From NCBI GenBank assembly GCA_963817955.1, contig CAWFQK010000004.1:96001-160000 (forward strand): a stretch of 64,000 nucleotides of DNA, written 5' to 3'. This document shows positions 1 to 10,685 of this stretch, piece after piece; within the stretch, counting starts at the first letter, position 1; each line of letters begins with the position of its first letter. This DNA comes from an uncultured Gemmatimonadaceae bacterium. GTDB lineage: Bacteria; Gemmatimonadota; Gemmatimonadetes; Gemmatimonadales; Gemmatimonadaceae. The notes beneath the pieces are model-generated. The model was not told where the DNA came from. It saw nothing but the letters and a program-made list of their open reading frames with translations, and ran no database searches. The position numbers were made by a program, and so were the translations under genes.

Positions 1-638
1 GAGGCGCCCAGTCCCGCCGTCACGCCGGATCTGCGTCTCCGCATGGGGAACGACGCCGTCGCCGGCGCCAAGGCCATCGATTACGTCGGCGCCGGGACGA
101 TCGAGATGCTCCTCGACGAAGATGGGTCGTTACTTCTTCATGGAGATGAACACGCGGATCCAGGTCGAGCATCCCGTCACCGAGATGCTCACGGGAGTCG
201 ATCTCGTGAAAGAGCAGATCCGCGTCGCCGCAGGCGAGCCGCTCAGCATCACTGAGATGCCGGCGCTCCGCGGCCACGTCATCGAAGTGCGCGTCAACGC
301 GGAGGATCCGGCGCGCAATTTCCAGCCGTCGCCCGGAAAGATTCTGGCCTTCCATCCGCCGGGCGGCCCGGGTGTGCGGCTCGATACGCACGTCTACGAC
401 GGGCTACACCGTGCCGCCGTATTACGATTCGTTGCTGGCCAAGCTCATCTGTCAGGGGCGCGATCGGGCCGAGGCCATCGCGCGGATGCACGTGGCGCTC
501 GACGGGTTTATCATCGAAGGCGTGACGACGACCATTCCATTTCTCGCCCGCGTGATGCAGAATCCGCGTTTCGTCGCCGGAGAGGTCGATACGAAGTTCC
601 TGGAACGCGAGACCGAGTTGCTCAAGGAGCCAGCCTAA
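1..638 (+). CDS. accC: Acetyl-CoA carboxylase biotin carboxylase subunit, 3' part (5'-truncated; two apparent +1 frameshifts near 125 and 402)
   Basis: [32 protein letters not shown] and [12 protein letters not shown] motifs are spread over three consecutive frames. Confidence 0.9.
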
Positions 639-1385
639 GTGAGCGTCGACGTCGTCTTCGGCGGGACTGCCCTCGGGCCGTCCGACGGCTCTGGCCGAGT
701 CGTGGTGGTGATCGACGTGCTCCGCGCGTCTTCATCCATCGCGACGGCGCTTGCCAACGGCGCGCGTGCGGTGATTCCGCTCGATAGTTCAGAGGATGTC
801 GTCAACTGTGCCAAGGGATTCGAGCGAAGGGACGTGCGTCTCGCTGGCGAGCGGCGTATGCTGGCCATCCCTGGCTTCGACCTCGGCAACTCGCCGCGCG
901 AATACACGCGCGAGGCCGTCGAGGGCAAGACCGTCATCATGACCACGACAAACGGCACGCCCGCGATCGCCAACACCCAAGGGGCTCGTGACGTGGTGAT
1001 CGCCTCGTACGTCAACTTCACGGCGGTGCTCACGATGCTGCGCACTGCGGTGCGCGGCAATACCGACATCACCATCGTATGTGCCGGTCGCGACCGGCAG
1101 TTTTCACTCGAGGATGCCGGCTGTGCGGGACGGTTCGTGTACAATCTCTCGAAACGCTCGTCCAACATCCGTGTGAACGACGCAGCGCAAGCGTGCGTGC
1201 TGATCGACCGCAAGTACGGCGATCAGGTCCTTCGCCTGTTCGAGGCGTCAGAGCACGGCCGAGCGTTGAGCGAGGCGGGATTCGGCGATGATCTCGCTGC
1301 ATGTGCCGCCGTGGATTCCTACCCAGTCATTCCGCTCTACCAGGATCGACAGATCACCAAGCTCGGACCAGACCGGGAGCGGTAA
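639..1385 (+). CDS. comB: 2-phosphosulfolactate phosphatase (ComB family)
   Basis: [26 protein letters not shown] and TTTNGT motifs. Confidence 0.88.
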   Translation: MSVDVVFGGTALGPSDGSGRVVVVIDVLRASSSIATALANGARAVIPLDSSEDVVNCAKGFERRDVRLAGERRMLAIPGFDLGNSPREYTREAVEGKTVIMTTTNGTPAIANTQGARDVVIASYVNFTAVLTMLRTAVRGNTDITIVCAGRDRQFSLEDAGCAGRFVYNLSKRSSNIRVNDAAQACVLIDRKYGDQVLRLFEASEHGRALSEAGFGDDLAACAAVDSYPVIPLYQDRQITKLGPDRER

Positions 1386-1389
1386 CCCC

Positions 1390-3765
1390 GTGGGCAGTTC
1401 CAACCTGAAGCGCGAAATCCTCGGGATCGCGCTGTTGCTGTTCGCGGTCTTCATGGCTGCCGCGTTCGTCATGCTCGGCGCGGCGCAATTGCGCGCGGGG
1501 GTGAGCGTGGAGGCGAGCGTCGGGATCGTCGGCCGCATTCTGGCGAATCCCCTGGTGCTGTTCTTTGGCTGGCCGGCCGCGGCACTCATCCCACTCGTGC
1601 CAGCGGTGCATGCGCTGCGTCTGTTCGGCCGTCTCGAATCGCAGACCGACCGCTCGTGGATGATCTTCTTTGCCGGCATGGTCGTTTTGCTGCCGGTGGC
1701 CATCGGATTGACGATTGCGCCACCGGCCCCCGGATTGCCGAGCGGAGGTGCCGGGTTGTGGGGAGCGCTGATCGGCGGCTGGTGGCAGAGTTGGTTTGGA
1801 TTCTTCGGTGCGTGGGTCGTGGTTGCGCTTGCCGCGTCGGTCCTGATGGCGGCGACGCTGGCGTGGAATCCCATCCGGGCCCTCGTTGGTCATCGTAAGC
1901 GGCGCATGGAAAGCGGCGAGATCGTGTTGGACGACCCGCCGACGGCGGCGGATTTGGCGCCGAAGAAAAGAGGACGGAAGGGAAGGGGCGATAGCGACGG
2001 GGCTCTTTCTGGCGACCTCGCGCTCGCGCTCGAGCCGCCGCCCGAAGAGATGCCGGGAATCGAGTCCGAGTCTGGCCAGGAGAGCGGCGATCACGTCTCG
2101 CAAGGCACCGCTCGCCACGTGAAGAAGAAATCGAAGGCCGACAAGTCAGCGGCACATGATGCGGAAATCGCCGCGGCGATCGAGGCGACCGCGGCCGTCG
2201 ATGTCAGCGGTGAGGAGCTTCCCTCATCCGAACTGCTCACGCCAGTGCCGCCGCGTAACGTCGACGCCAGCAAGCGCGAGCTCGATGCCATGGGCCTGAA
2301 ACTCATGGATGCGCTGCGCACCTTTCGTGTCGAGGGTGAGTTGGTCGGTCGTACGACAGGTCCCGTCGTCACGCAGTTCGAAATCGAGCCGGCGCCGGGG
2401 GTGAAGGTTCGCCAGATCGCGAACCTCTCGAATGACCTCGCACTGGCAATGCGCGCACCGTCGATCCGGATCGTGGCGCCGATCCCGGGCCGCGGCGCCG
2501 TTGGCGTCGAAGTGCCGAATCCGACATCTGAAATCGTGGCATTTCGCGAGTTGATCGAGACCCGCGAGTTTCAGCACGCGCGCGCCGCGCTGCCCATCGT
2601 CCTCGGCAAGGACCTCGAGGGAAAGCCGGTCATCGCCGATCTGGCGAAGATGCCGCACCTGCTCATCGCCGGTGCCACCGGATCGGGTAAATCGGTCTGC
2701 GTGAATACCATCATCACCAGTCTCGTCTTCCGACATACGCCGCGTACGCTGCGTTTTCTGATGGTCGACCCCAAGATGGTCGAGCTCTCGGTGTACAACA
2801 CCTTGCCGCACCTCCGCCACAAGGTCATCACCGACAACCGCGATGCGGCGTCGGTGCTCAAGTGGGCGGTGATGGAGATGCAGGACCGTTACGAATTGCT
2901 TGCCGCGAACGGCTGCCGCAACATCCAGGATTTCAACAAACGCGTGCAGGACGGCGCCCAGCTGCAGCTCCCAAAGCGTCCAAACGTCGCGTTCGAGAAC
3001 ACCACCTACACGGGTAGCATCCTGCCATACATCGTCGTGGTGATCGACGAGATGGCAGACCTGATGATGACCGTGCAGAGCGAGGTGGAAACGCCGATCG
3101 CCATGCTTGCGCAAAAGGCGCGTGCCATCGGCATTCATCTCTTGCTCGCCACGCAACGCCCGAGCGTGAACGTCATCACGGGCCTGATCAAGGCGAATTT
3201 CCCGAGTCGCATCGCCTTCCGCGTCGCGTCCCAAGTGGACAGCCGCACGATCATCGACGGCGCGGGCGCGGAAATGTTGCTCGGCAACGGTGACATGCTG
3301 TTCATTCCGCCGGGGAAATCCGAGCCATCGCGCCTTCAAGGAGCGTTCCTGTCGAGCGAAGATACCGAACGACTCATGATCTGGTACCAGGGCGTGCGTG
3401 ACGCCAAACGCGCCGCGCTGGCCGCGCAGGGTCTCATGCTCGAGGAGTCGAACGACGGCGAGCCGGACATTCTCGAAACCGTGCGCACGAAGGAAGCGCT
3501 CGAGGCCGGGCAGTCTGACGCGGACGACCACGACGCGGCGGATCGCGACAAACTGTTCCGCGAAGCGGCAGAAGTGGTGGTGCAGAATCAGCAGGGTTCT
3601 ACGTCGCTCCTTCAGCGGCGGCTCAAGGTCGGCTACGGCCGCGCAGCACGGATCATCGACCAGCTGCACGCCGCAGGCGTGCTTGGGCCACCCGACGGAT
3701 CCAAGCCGCGCGACGTGCTCGTCGGGCTCGATCAACTGGACTATATCTGTGGCCCACATTCGTAG
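1390..3765 (+). CDS. ftsK: DNA translocase FtsK
   Basis: N-terminal TM helices, HLLIAGATGSGKS Walker A, VVVIDEMADL, gamma domain STSLLQRRLKVGYGRAARIID; GTG start at 1390. Confidence 0.95.
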   Translation: MGSSNLKREILGIALLLFAVFMAAAFVMLGAAQLRAGVSVEASVGIVGRILANPLVLFFGWPAAALIPLVPAVHALRLFGRLESQTDRSWMIFFAGMVVLLPVAIGLTIAPPAPGLPSGGAGLWGALIGGWWQSWFGFFGAWVVVALAASVLMAATLAWNPIRALVGHRKRRMESGEIVLDDPPTAADLAPKKRGRKGRGDSDGALSGDLALALEPPPEEMPGIESESGQESGDHVSQGTARHVKKKSKADKSAAHDAEIAAAIEATAAVDVSGEELPSSELLTPVPPRNVDASKRELDAMGLKLMDALRTFRVEGELVGRTTGPVVTQFEIEPAPGVKVRQIANLSNDLALAMRAPSIRIVAPIPGRGAVGVEVPNPTSEIVAFRELIETREFQHARAALPIVLGKDLEGKPVIADLAKMPHLLIAGATGSGKSVCVNTIITSLVFRHTPRTLRFLMVDPKMVELSVYNTLPHLRHKVITDNRDAASVLKWAVMEMQDRYELLAANGCRNIQDFNKRVQDGAQLQLPKRPNVAFENTTYTGSILPYIVVVIDEMADLMMTVQSEVETPIAMLAQKARAIGIHLLLATQRPSVNVITGLIKANFPSRIAFRVASQVDSRTIIDGAGAEMLLGNGDMLFIPPGKSEPSRLQGAFLSSEDTERLMIWYQGVRDAKRAALAAQGLMLEESNDGEPDILETVRTKEALEAGQSDADDHDAADRDKLFREAAEVVVQNQQGSTSLLQRRLKVGYGRAARIIDQLHAAGVLGPPDGSKPRDVLVGLDQLDYICGPHS

Positions 3766-4513
3766 CGCGGCGCCGCTCGTCGTGCTTCTGCTCGTCGTCG
3801 CTGGCTTCGCCGGCGCGCAGAATGCTCCCGTTGATTCGTCAGCGCGGCATCTTCGCGTGGATGCCACCGCGCTCCGATCGGGAGAATTCGTCTATCAGAC
3901 GACGCTCGAACGTGACGCCGGCACAACGGTGCTGGGGACGCGCACCATCAGTGTGTCGCAGACATCGTACGTTGGGACGCCCGCGTGGCTGCTGCTTGAA
4001 ACGCGGGCGGGCGACGGCATTCCTGCCGCCGATTCACTGTTCACGACACTCGGCGGCCTGCGCCCGCTGCACTGGAGCTCCACGCTCGGGCGCGCGCGTC
4101 TGGTGGCCGAGTTCCGCGGCGACACGGTGTTCGGCGGCACGAGTGCGCCGCCGGGACGTCGATCCATCGTGTCAGTGCTACCGCCCGATGTCATCGTGAG
4201 TGCGGCGATGCTCGAGAGCGTCCTGCGGCTTCTGCGGTTGCAGCCTGCCTTCGAAGATTCGACGACCACACTCTCCATCACGCTGAGCGGCAACGCAGTG
4301 CTGCCAGCGCGACTCGCGGTCATCGGCGAGGACCGTGTACGCGTGCCAGCCGGAACGTTCGACTGCTGGGTCGTCTCCGTCCACGCCGGCGACACCGCCC
4401 GCGGACTGTACTGGGTGACGAAGAATGATCCGATCCTGGTCCGCACTGCGTTGGACGTGCCGGTGTTGAACGGCGCGCAACTCGTGACGTCATTGACGCG
4501 CATCGCGCGTTAG
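3749..4513 (+). CDS. Secreted hypothetical protein, DUF3108-like
   Basis: Signal-peptide-like N-terminus (LVVLLLVVAGFAGAQ); VRVPAGTFDCW motif; GTG start overlaps the ftsK end. Confidence 0.6.
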   Translation: MAHIRSAAPLVVLLLVVAGFAGAQNAPVDSSARHLRVDATALRSGEFVYQTTLERDAGTTVLGTRTISVSQTSYVGTPAWLLLETRAGDGIPAADSLFTTLGGLRPLHWSSTLGRARLVAEFRGDTVFGGTSAPPGRRSIVSVLPPDVIVSAAMLESVLRLLRLQPAFEDSTTTLSITLSGNAVLPARLAVIGEDRVRVPAGTFDCWVVSVHAGDTARGLYWVTKNDPILVRTALDVPVLNGAQLVTSLTRIAR

Positions 4514-4597
4514 GCGCTCCACTCCTTCGAAATCGATGGTGACTACGCGGGCTCCTTTGGTGGCAGAGCCCGCCGCCACCGCGCCTACGTTGGCCCC

Positions 4598-4972
4598 ATG
4601 TCAGCGGCCAGGCAGGCATTTGGCGAACTGGGAGAGCGGATCGCAGAGCGGTGGCTCCAGCGACAGGGATGGCGCGTCATTCAACGCCGGTTCCGGAATG
4701 GGCACCGCGATATCGATCTGGTCGTGGAGCGAGATGGTACGGTAGCGTTCGTCGAGGTCAAGGCACGGCGAGGTCGACAGTTCGGCGATCCAGTGGAGGC
4801 GGTTAACTGGCGTAAGCAGAAGGAGTTAGTGCGTTCTGCATCCGTCTGGATCGATCGGCATGGCCGTCCGTCCGACTCGTATCGTTTCGACGTGGTCGGG
4901 GTGCTCGTCGAAAGGGGTCGCGTACGAGTTCGGCACGTGCCCGACGCATTCTCACTTTCACGCTCGGCTTGA
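4598..4972 (+). CDS. yraN: YraN family (UPF0102) endonuclease-like protein
   Basis: GELGERIA...IDLV...FVEVKAR...YRFDVV pattern. Confidence 0.9.
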   Translation: MSAARQAFGELGERIAERWLQRQGWRVIQRRFRNGHRDIDLVVERDGTVAFVEVKARRGRQFGDPVEAVNWRKQKELVRSASVWIDRHGRPSDSYRFDVVGVLVERGRVRVRHVPDAFSLSRSA

Positions 4973-4997
4973 ATCAGCCCGTCGATCTTCGTATTTT
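4969..4997 (+). promoter_or_regulatory. Putative sigma70 promoter of recA
   Basis: TTGAAT-17 bp-TATTTT. Confidence 0.5.
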
Positions 4998-5084
4998 ATT
5001 CGGGTATCGAATTGGCCGATTTCCCGGTACGATTACGCTGCACGGCCAGAGCGGACTACAACTAACCGAGAGGATGAGTGAGAA

Positions 5085-6128
5085 ATGGCTGTGTCTACAT
5101 TGCAGGAGGACAAAAAGAAAGCGCTGAATCTGGCCATCGCGCAGATCGAAAAGAGTTGCGGTAAGGGCTCGATCATGCGGCTTGGAGCGGATCAGAAGGT
5201 CCGTGTCGAAGCGATTTCGACCGGAGCGATCAATCTCGACGCGGCGATTGGGGTAGGTGGGATTCCGCGTGGTCGCGTCACTGAGATCTATGGTCCGGAA
5301 TCGAGCGGAAAGACGACGCTCTGCTTGCATGTCGTCGCGAACGCGCAGAAGGCTGGCGGGATCGCGGCGTACATCGACGCAGAGCACGCGCTGGACACGG
5401 ATTACGCGAGAAAGCTGGGTGTCGATGTCGAAGCGTTGCTGATCTCGCAGCCAGACACCGGCGAACAGGCGCTCGAGATTTGTGAGATCCTGGTTCGTTC
5501 CGGAGCGGTGGACGTGGTCGTCATTGATTCGGTCGCGGCGCTCGTGCCCAAGGCCGAGATCGAGGGTGACATGGGTGACTCGCACATGGGCCTGCAGGCG
5601 CGGCTCATGAGCCAGGCGCTGCGGAAGTTGACGGGCGGTATTGCGCGGTCCAATACGTCGGTAGTGTTCATCAACCAATTGCGTGAAAAGATCGGCGTCA
5701 TGTTCGGCAACCCCGAGACGACGACTGGTGGCAAGGCCCTCAAGTTCTATGCGTCGGTTCGTCTCGACATCCGCCGCATTGGACCGGTGAAGGACAAGGA
5801 AGACGTGGTCGGTTCGCATGTTCGCGTCAAGGTGGTCAAGAACAAGGTTGCAGCGCCGTTCAAGCAGGCCGAGTTCGACATCATGTACGCGGAAGGCATC
5901 AGCCACGCGAGTCTGGTGCTCGATATCGCTGCCGAGGCGGGGATCATCGATAAGTCGGGCGCGTGGTACAGCTACAATGGTCAGAAGATCGGGCAGGGTC
6001 GTGAAAACGCGAAAATGTATCTCAAGGATAGTCCGGCGATGATGGCCGAAGTCGAAGAGAAGGTGAAGACCCTGCTCGGCGTAGGACCGCGGGATATCGT
6101 GGCCGACGCCGAGGTGACGGAAGAGTAG
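5085..6128 (+). CDS. recA: Recombinase A
   Basis: [38 protein letters not shown]. Confidence 0.99.
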   Translation: MAVSTLQEDKKKALNLAIAQIEKSCGKGSIMRLGADQKVRVEAISTGAINLDAAIGVGGIPRGRVTEIYGPESSGKTTLCLHVVANAQKAGGIAAYIDAEHALDTDYARKLGVDVEALLISQPDTGEQALEICEILVRSGAVDVVVIDSVAALVPKAEIEGDMGDSHMGLQARLMSQALRKLTGGIARSNTSVVFINQLREKIGVMFGNPETTTGGKALKFYASVRLDIRRIGPVKDKEDVVGSHVRVKVVKNKVAAPFKQAEFDIMYAEGISHASLVLDIAAEAGIIDKSGAWYSYNGQKIGQGRENAKMYLKDSPAMMAEVEEKVKTLLGVGPRDIVADAEVTEE

Positions 6129-6233
6129 GGCACTGCTCTTCCGCCGCCGGTCGATCGGGCCGGGGAGAAGTAGTCTTGCGACGATGGGACCCGGAAACTC
6201 CCTTCGGAACAGGCTGCGACTCCCCGGCTCTTT
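6118..6233 (+). terminator. Two stem-loops in the recA-recX spacer
   Basis: 11-bp stem 6118-6128/6133-6143; long stem 6157-6176/6211-6230 followed by TTT. Confidence 0.45.
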
Positions 6234-6281
6234 CATTCCCGTACTGAGCGCCGCGAATAGCGGATCGAGGCACCTGCCGTG

Positions 6282-6947
6282 ATGATCACCTCGATTCTTC
6301 CCAACATCCGCAAGCCGGGGCGGTTCGTGATCGAGGCGGACGGCCGCGAACTCGCCACACTCTCCATTGAGGCGATCGAGCGGTTGCGCCTGGGAACGGG
6401 CTCCGTGCTCGACGAGCGGCTCCAGCTCGAGATCGCGCGTGAATCTGGTGTGCTCGAGACCTATGACCGGGCTCTCAACATGCTGGCGGTGCGGGCGCGA
6501 TCCGCTGCCGAGTTGCGCCGGTTGCTCGTCCGCAAAGGCGAGCCTGTGGATCGCGTCGATGCTGCGATCGAGCGGCTTCGTGCGATTGGTTTCATTGACG
6601 ACGCGAGTTTTGCCCGCCAGTTCACACGGTCCAAGGCGCTCGGCGCCGGCCTGTCGCGCCGCAGACTGCAGCAGGAGTTGAGTAAGCGTGGCGTGATGCG
6701 CGAGATATCGGACGCGGCAATCGAACAGGTGTTCGTCGAAGAAGGCGTCGACGAGGAAGTGTCGATCGAGCGCGTGGCGCGCAAGAAGCTCCACATGCTT
6801 GAACAAGTGGATGCACCGACGCGGCGGCGGCGATTGTACTCGTTCCTCGCCCGGCGCGGCTACGATGCCGACGATATTTCGCGCGTGCTGCGGGTGGTGC
6901 TTCGTGATGGTGACGAAGACGCCGCCGACTCGCGTTTCGACGACTGA
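6282..6947 (+). CDS. recX: Regulatory protein RecX
   Basis: Downstream of recA; ALNMLAVRARSAAELRR, GFIDDASFA and FLARRGY motifs. Confidence 0.92.
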   Translation: MITSILPNIRKPGRFVIEADGRELATLSIEAIERLRLGTGSVLDERLQLEIARESGVLETYDRALNMLAVRARSAAELRRLLVRKGEPVDRVDAAIERLRAIGFIDDASFARQFTRSKALGAGLSRRRLQQELSKRGVMREISDAAIEQVFVEEGVDEEVSIERVARKKLHMLEQVDAPTRRRRLYSFLARRGYDADDISRVLRVVLRDGDEDAADSRFDD

Positions 6948-6988
6948 CGTGGCTCCCTGCCTGGGCGATGAGCCGGTATATTGACGAT

Positions 6989-9778
6989 ATGCTCGCCTCC
7001 GAAATTCGCTCCCGTTTCCTGCAGTATTTTGCCCGTCACGGGCACGCCATCCGCCCCAGTTCCTCGCTGGTCCCTGCGGACGATCCGACGTTGTTGTTCA
7101 CCAACGCGGGCATGGTGCAGTTCAAGAAAGTCTTCCTCGGTATGGAGGACCCGCCAGACGGGACGCGGCGCGCCACGACATCACAGAAGTGCGTTCGCGC
7201 CGGCGGCAAGCACAACGACCTCGAACAGGTTGGGCACACGGCTCGGCATCATACGTTCTTCGAGATGCTGGGCAATTTTTCATTCGGCGACTACTTCAAG
7301 CGCGACGCGATCACGTTTGCGTGGGAGTTCGTCACGAAGGAGCTCGGAGTCGATCCATCGTCGCTCCGCGTGACGGTGCACCATTCCGACGACGAAGCGC
7401 GCGGCCTCTGGAAGGAGATCGCCGGCCTGCCCGATTCGCGCATCTATGGGCTCGGCGACAAAGACAACTTCTGGCAGATGGCGGACACGGGCCCGTGCGG
7501 CCCCTGCTCCGAGATCTACATTGACTTGGCGCGCATTGCGCGCGACTGGACATTTCCCACCAGCGCGGTGGGTGAATGGACAGAAGTCGATCGAGAAGAC
7601 TTCTCTGTCGACGCATTCGTCGAAGGATCGGAGGCCGGTCGATTCCTCGAGTTCTGGAACCTTGTGTTCATGCAATACGACCGCCAGGCGGACGGCACCA
7701 TGAATCCGCTGCCGAGGCCGTCGGTTGACACAGGAGCGGGCCTCGAACGCATTGCCGCATTCATGCAGGGCGTGACAACGAACTATCATGCCGACCTGTT
7801 CGCGCCGCTGCTGTCGGCCGTCGAGAACGCGGTCGGCATCGACTACTGGGGCCGCGAGAGCAACGACGTGCGTGTCGGCGTGAAGGTCCGGGGCGGCAGG
7901 AGCGGATTGCAGGTGCTGTCGAACCCTGTCGATCCAGCATCCTTCCGCGTGCTCGCGGACCACGCGCGCGCCGTGGCGTTCCTGCTCGCCGACGGTGTCT
8001 TTCCGTCAAACGAAGGCCGCGGCTACGTCTTACGCCGTATCTTGCGCCGCGCCGTGCGGCATGCGTGGCTGCTGGGCCGCAAGGAACCGACGCTCGTTGC
8101 CGTCGTGCAGGCGGTCATCGACTCGATGTCGGATGTCTACCCCGAGCTGCGACAGCGCGCGCAGCACATTCTCAACACGACGCGTGTCGAGGAGCAGGGG
8201 TTCCTCGACACGATCGAGGGCGGCTTGTCGCGCTTCGAGCAACTTGCCCCGCTACACCCGGCGGACGGCGGTACCGATATTCGCGGCACCATCAGCGGCG
8301 AGGATGCCTTCCGCCTCTATGACACGTTCGGCTTTCCGATCGATCTGACCGAGCTGATGGCGCGGGAGCGCGGTTACGTGGTGGACATCGCGGGCTTCGA
8401 GGCGTCGCTCGATGCACAGCGTCGCCGTTCTCAGGACGAGCGCAAGTCGAAGCGTCTGAGTGTGACCGTGGATGCGCTTGAGGATCTGACGGATTGGTCG
8501 CTTCCGCCGCAGGCCTCGGCCATCGAGTCGTCGTTCGTCGGCTACGAGACCGTCGAGATCGACACGCAGGTGACGGCCGTCAAGCATCTGCCGGATGGCC
8601 GGGTCGCGATCATGTTGCGGGAGTCCCCGTTTTATGCCGAGTCCGGTGGACAAGTCTCGGATCACGGTGAAATTCTCGGCAACGGTTGGCGTGTGGACGT
8701 AGACGACGTCCGCAAGATCGACGGCCGACCGGCAGCCATCGGCTCAATCGAAGGCGCATTTCACTTCGGGCACGCCAGGGCGCGCGTGCCAAGCGATCGC
8801 CGCCGGGACACGGAACGCAATCACACGGCGACGCACCTGCTGCAGGCTGCCATGCGCCAGGTGCTGGGGGAGAGCGTCCATCAGGCGGGTTCGCTCGTCG
8901 CGCCGGACCGATTGCGCTTTGACTTTACTCATCATGGTGCTGTCAACGCGGAGGGCCTCGCCGAAATCGAGGCGATCGTCAACCGCGAGATCTGGCGTGG
9001 CGCGGCGGTGACCACCCGCGAAATGGCGTACAACGATGCGCGGGCGCTGGGAGCCATGGCGCTGTTCGGCGAGAAGTATGGCGACGTCGTCCGCGTCGTG
9101 AGCATTCCTGAGTTCTCCATGGAGCTCTGCGGCGGCACGCACGTGGGCAACACGGCGGACATCGGCCTGTTCAAGATCGTTGCTGAAACCGGTGTCGCGG
9201 CGGGCGTGCGTCGTATCGAGGCAGTCACGGGACCGGGTGCCTACGAGCTGATGCGCAGCTCGGAGCGAACGCTGCGTCGCGTGGCCGAGTTGCTCAAAGT
9301 GCCGGCTGAGAGCGTCGAGCGCCGCGTGGTCGGGCTCCTCGACGAACGGCGTGTGATCGAGCGGCGACTGGATGAAGCGATGCGCGGCGGTGGCGGTCAG
9401 CTCCAGACATTGCTGCAGCAGGCGGAACGAATCGGCAATGCCGAGTCGAGACTCGTTGCCTCCGTCGTGCGCGCCGGAGACGTCAAGGAGCTGCAGGCGC
9501 TCGGCGACGCTGTCCGGGAGCAGCTCGGGAGCGGGGTCGGGGTCCTCGCCGCGAGCTTCGAGGACGGCAAGAATTCGTTGCTCGTCGTCGTAACGGACGA
9601 TCTCCGGGATCGCGGCGTGCGCGCTGATCTGCTGATCAAGGATCTCGCGGCGGCCGCGGGCGGGCGGGGCGGCGGCAAGCCGCACATGGCGCAGGCGGGC
9701 ATCCCCGATGCATCGCGCTTTCCGGCCGCATTGGCGCGCGCTCCGGAACTGGTGCGCACTGCGCTCGGCCAATCGTGA
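6989..9778 (+). CDS. alaS: Alanine--tRNA ligase
   Basis: LLFTNAGMVQFK, HHTFFEMLGNFSFGDYFK, NHTATHLL, ELCGGTH, GGRGGGK. Confidence 0.99.
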   Translation: MLASEIRSRFLQYFARHGHAIRPSSSLVPADDPTLLFTNAGMVQFKKVFLGMEDPPDGTRRATTSQKCVRAGGKHNDLEQVGHTARHHTFFEMLGNFSFGDYFKRDAITFAWEFVTKELGVDPSSLRVTVHHSDDEARGLWKEIAGLPDSRIYGLGDKDNFWQMADTGPCGPCSEIYIDLARIARDWTFPTSAVGEWTEVDREDFSVDAFVEGSEAGRFLEFWNLVFMQYDRQADGTMNPLPRPSVDTGAGLERIAAFMQGVTTNYHADLFAPLLSAVENAVGIDYWGRESNDVRVGVKVRGGRSGLQVLSNPVDPASFRVLADHARAVAFLLADGVFPSNEGRGYVLRRILRRAVRHAWLLGRKEPTLVAVVQAVIDSMSDVYPELRQRAQHILNTTRVEEQGFLDTIEGGLSRFEQLAPLHPADGGTDIRGTISGEDAFRLYDTFGFPIDLTELMARERGYVVDIAGFEASLDAQRRRSQDERKSKRLSVTVDALEDLTDWSLPPQASAIESSFVGYETVEIDTQVTAVKHLPDGRVAIMLRESPFYAESGGQVSDHGEILGNGWRVDVDDVRKIDGRPAAIGSIEGAFHFGHARARVPSDRRRDTERNHTATHLLQAAMRQVLGESVHQAGSLVAPDRLRFDFTHHGAVNAEGLAEIEAIVNREIWRGAAVTTREMAYNDARALGAMALFGEKYGDVVRVVSIPEFSMELCGGTHVGNTADIGLFKIVAETGVAAGVRRIEAVTGPGAYELMRSSERTLRRVAELLKVPAESVERRVVGLLDERRVIERRLDEAMRGGGGQLQTLLQQAERIGNAESRLVASVVRAGDVKELQALGDAVREQLGSGVGVLAASFEDGKNSLLVVVTDDLRDRGVRADLLIKDLAAAAGGRGGGKPHMAQAGIPDASRFPAALARAPELVRTALGQS

Positions 9779-10086
9779 CGTTGGGGGAGTGGCTCGACGA
9801 ACGGACGCCGGCACCGCCGCCGAGATTGGCGGCTCGCATTGGCGCGGTGCTCGGCGATCGCGTGACGCGTGATTCCAATCAGGCGCCAGTGTTGTTCGTA
9901 GACGCTGCCGAGGAACTGCTGCGCGATCTCCTCGCGCGGCCGTCGGCCGGGCGGGCATCAGCGCTCGACCTCCTGACCGTCGATGCCCTCGTGACGTATG
10001 CGTTCGAGGCGGCCAGCGACGCCCCCGAGACGGTCAGCGACCTGTCCACGCTGGCGATGACTCGATTGGCGCTGGGCAGTTCCTGA
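9775..10086 (+). CDS. Hypothetical protein
   Basis: GTGA overlap with alaS; coding-like composition; LDLLTVDALVTYAFEAA segment. Confidence 0.7.
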   Translation: MTLGEWLDERTPAPPPRLAARIGAVLGDRVTRDSNQAPVLFVDAAEELLRDLLARPSAGRASALDLLTVDALVTYAFEAASDAPETVSDLSTLAMTRLALGSS

Positions 10087-10106
10087 CCTGGAAGCTGAGA
10101 CTAACC

Positions 10107-10685
10107 ATGGTGAGCACGAACACACGCGAGCACTTCACCGCCGGATTGCGCGATCTTGCTGAACTGGCGGTGAAGGTGAGCCGCGAACTCGGTCCCGATC
10201 TCGACCGGGCGCTGGAGCTCGTGAGTGAGACGGTTGCTGCGGGCGGCACATTGTTCTTCTGCGGGAACGGTGGCAGCGCGGCCGATGCGCAGCACATGGC
10301 CACCGAATACGTCGTCCGGTACATGCGGAACCGCCGAGCGTATCCGGCCGTTGCGCTCACAACCGACACGTCGCTGATCACTGCAGCCGGCAATGACATC
10401 GGCTTCGATCTGATCTTTTCGCGTCAAGTCGAGGCACTCGCCAGGCCGGGGGACCTGCTGGTGATTCATTCCACCAGCGGCAACTCGCCCAACGTGCTCA
10501 AGGCAGCGGAAGCCGCGTTGGCAAAGGGAGTACGCGTTCTGGCCTTCAGCGCACGCGACGGCGGCGCGCTGCGCGCGCTTGCCACCCATTCGGTGGTGGT
10601 TCCCACGGTGCGAACCGACCGGGCGCAGGAACTACACCTCTGCATAGAACATCTCATCTGCGATTTCGTGGAGCGTTCGTTATGA
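10107..10685 (+). CDS. gmhA: D-sedoheptulose 7-phosphate isomerase
   Basis: CGNGGSAADAQH, NDIGFD..FSRQVEA, STSGNS, QELH. Confidence 0.93.
   Translation: MVSTNTREHFTAGLRDLAELAVKVSRELGPDLDRALELVSETVAAGGTLFFCGNGGSAADAQHMATEYVVRYMRNRRAYPAVALTTDTSLITAAGNDIGFDLIFSRQVEALARPGDLLVIHSTSGNSPNVLKAAEAALAKGVRVLAFSARDGGALRALATHSVVVPTVRTDRAQELHLCIEHLICDFVERSL

Noticed and set aside
639..1385. Coenzyme M biosynthesis inferred from comB
   Set aside because: ComB homologs are widespread in bacteria that lack CoM, and no other com genes are in the window.
6157..6230. SRP RNA (ffs)
   Set aside because: It lacks the conserved SRP domain IV motif (CAGG...GNRA...AGCA) on both strands.
4974..6806. 610-aa minus-strand ORF
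   Set aside because: Antisense shadow of recA-recX, typical of high-GC codon bias.
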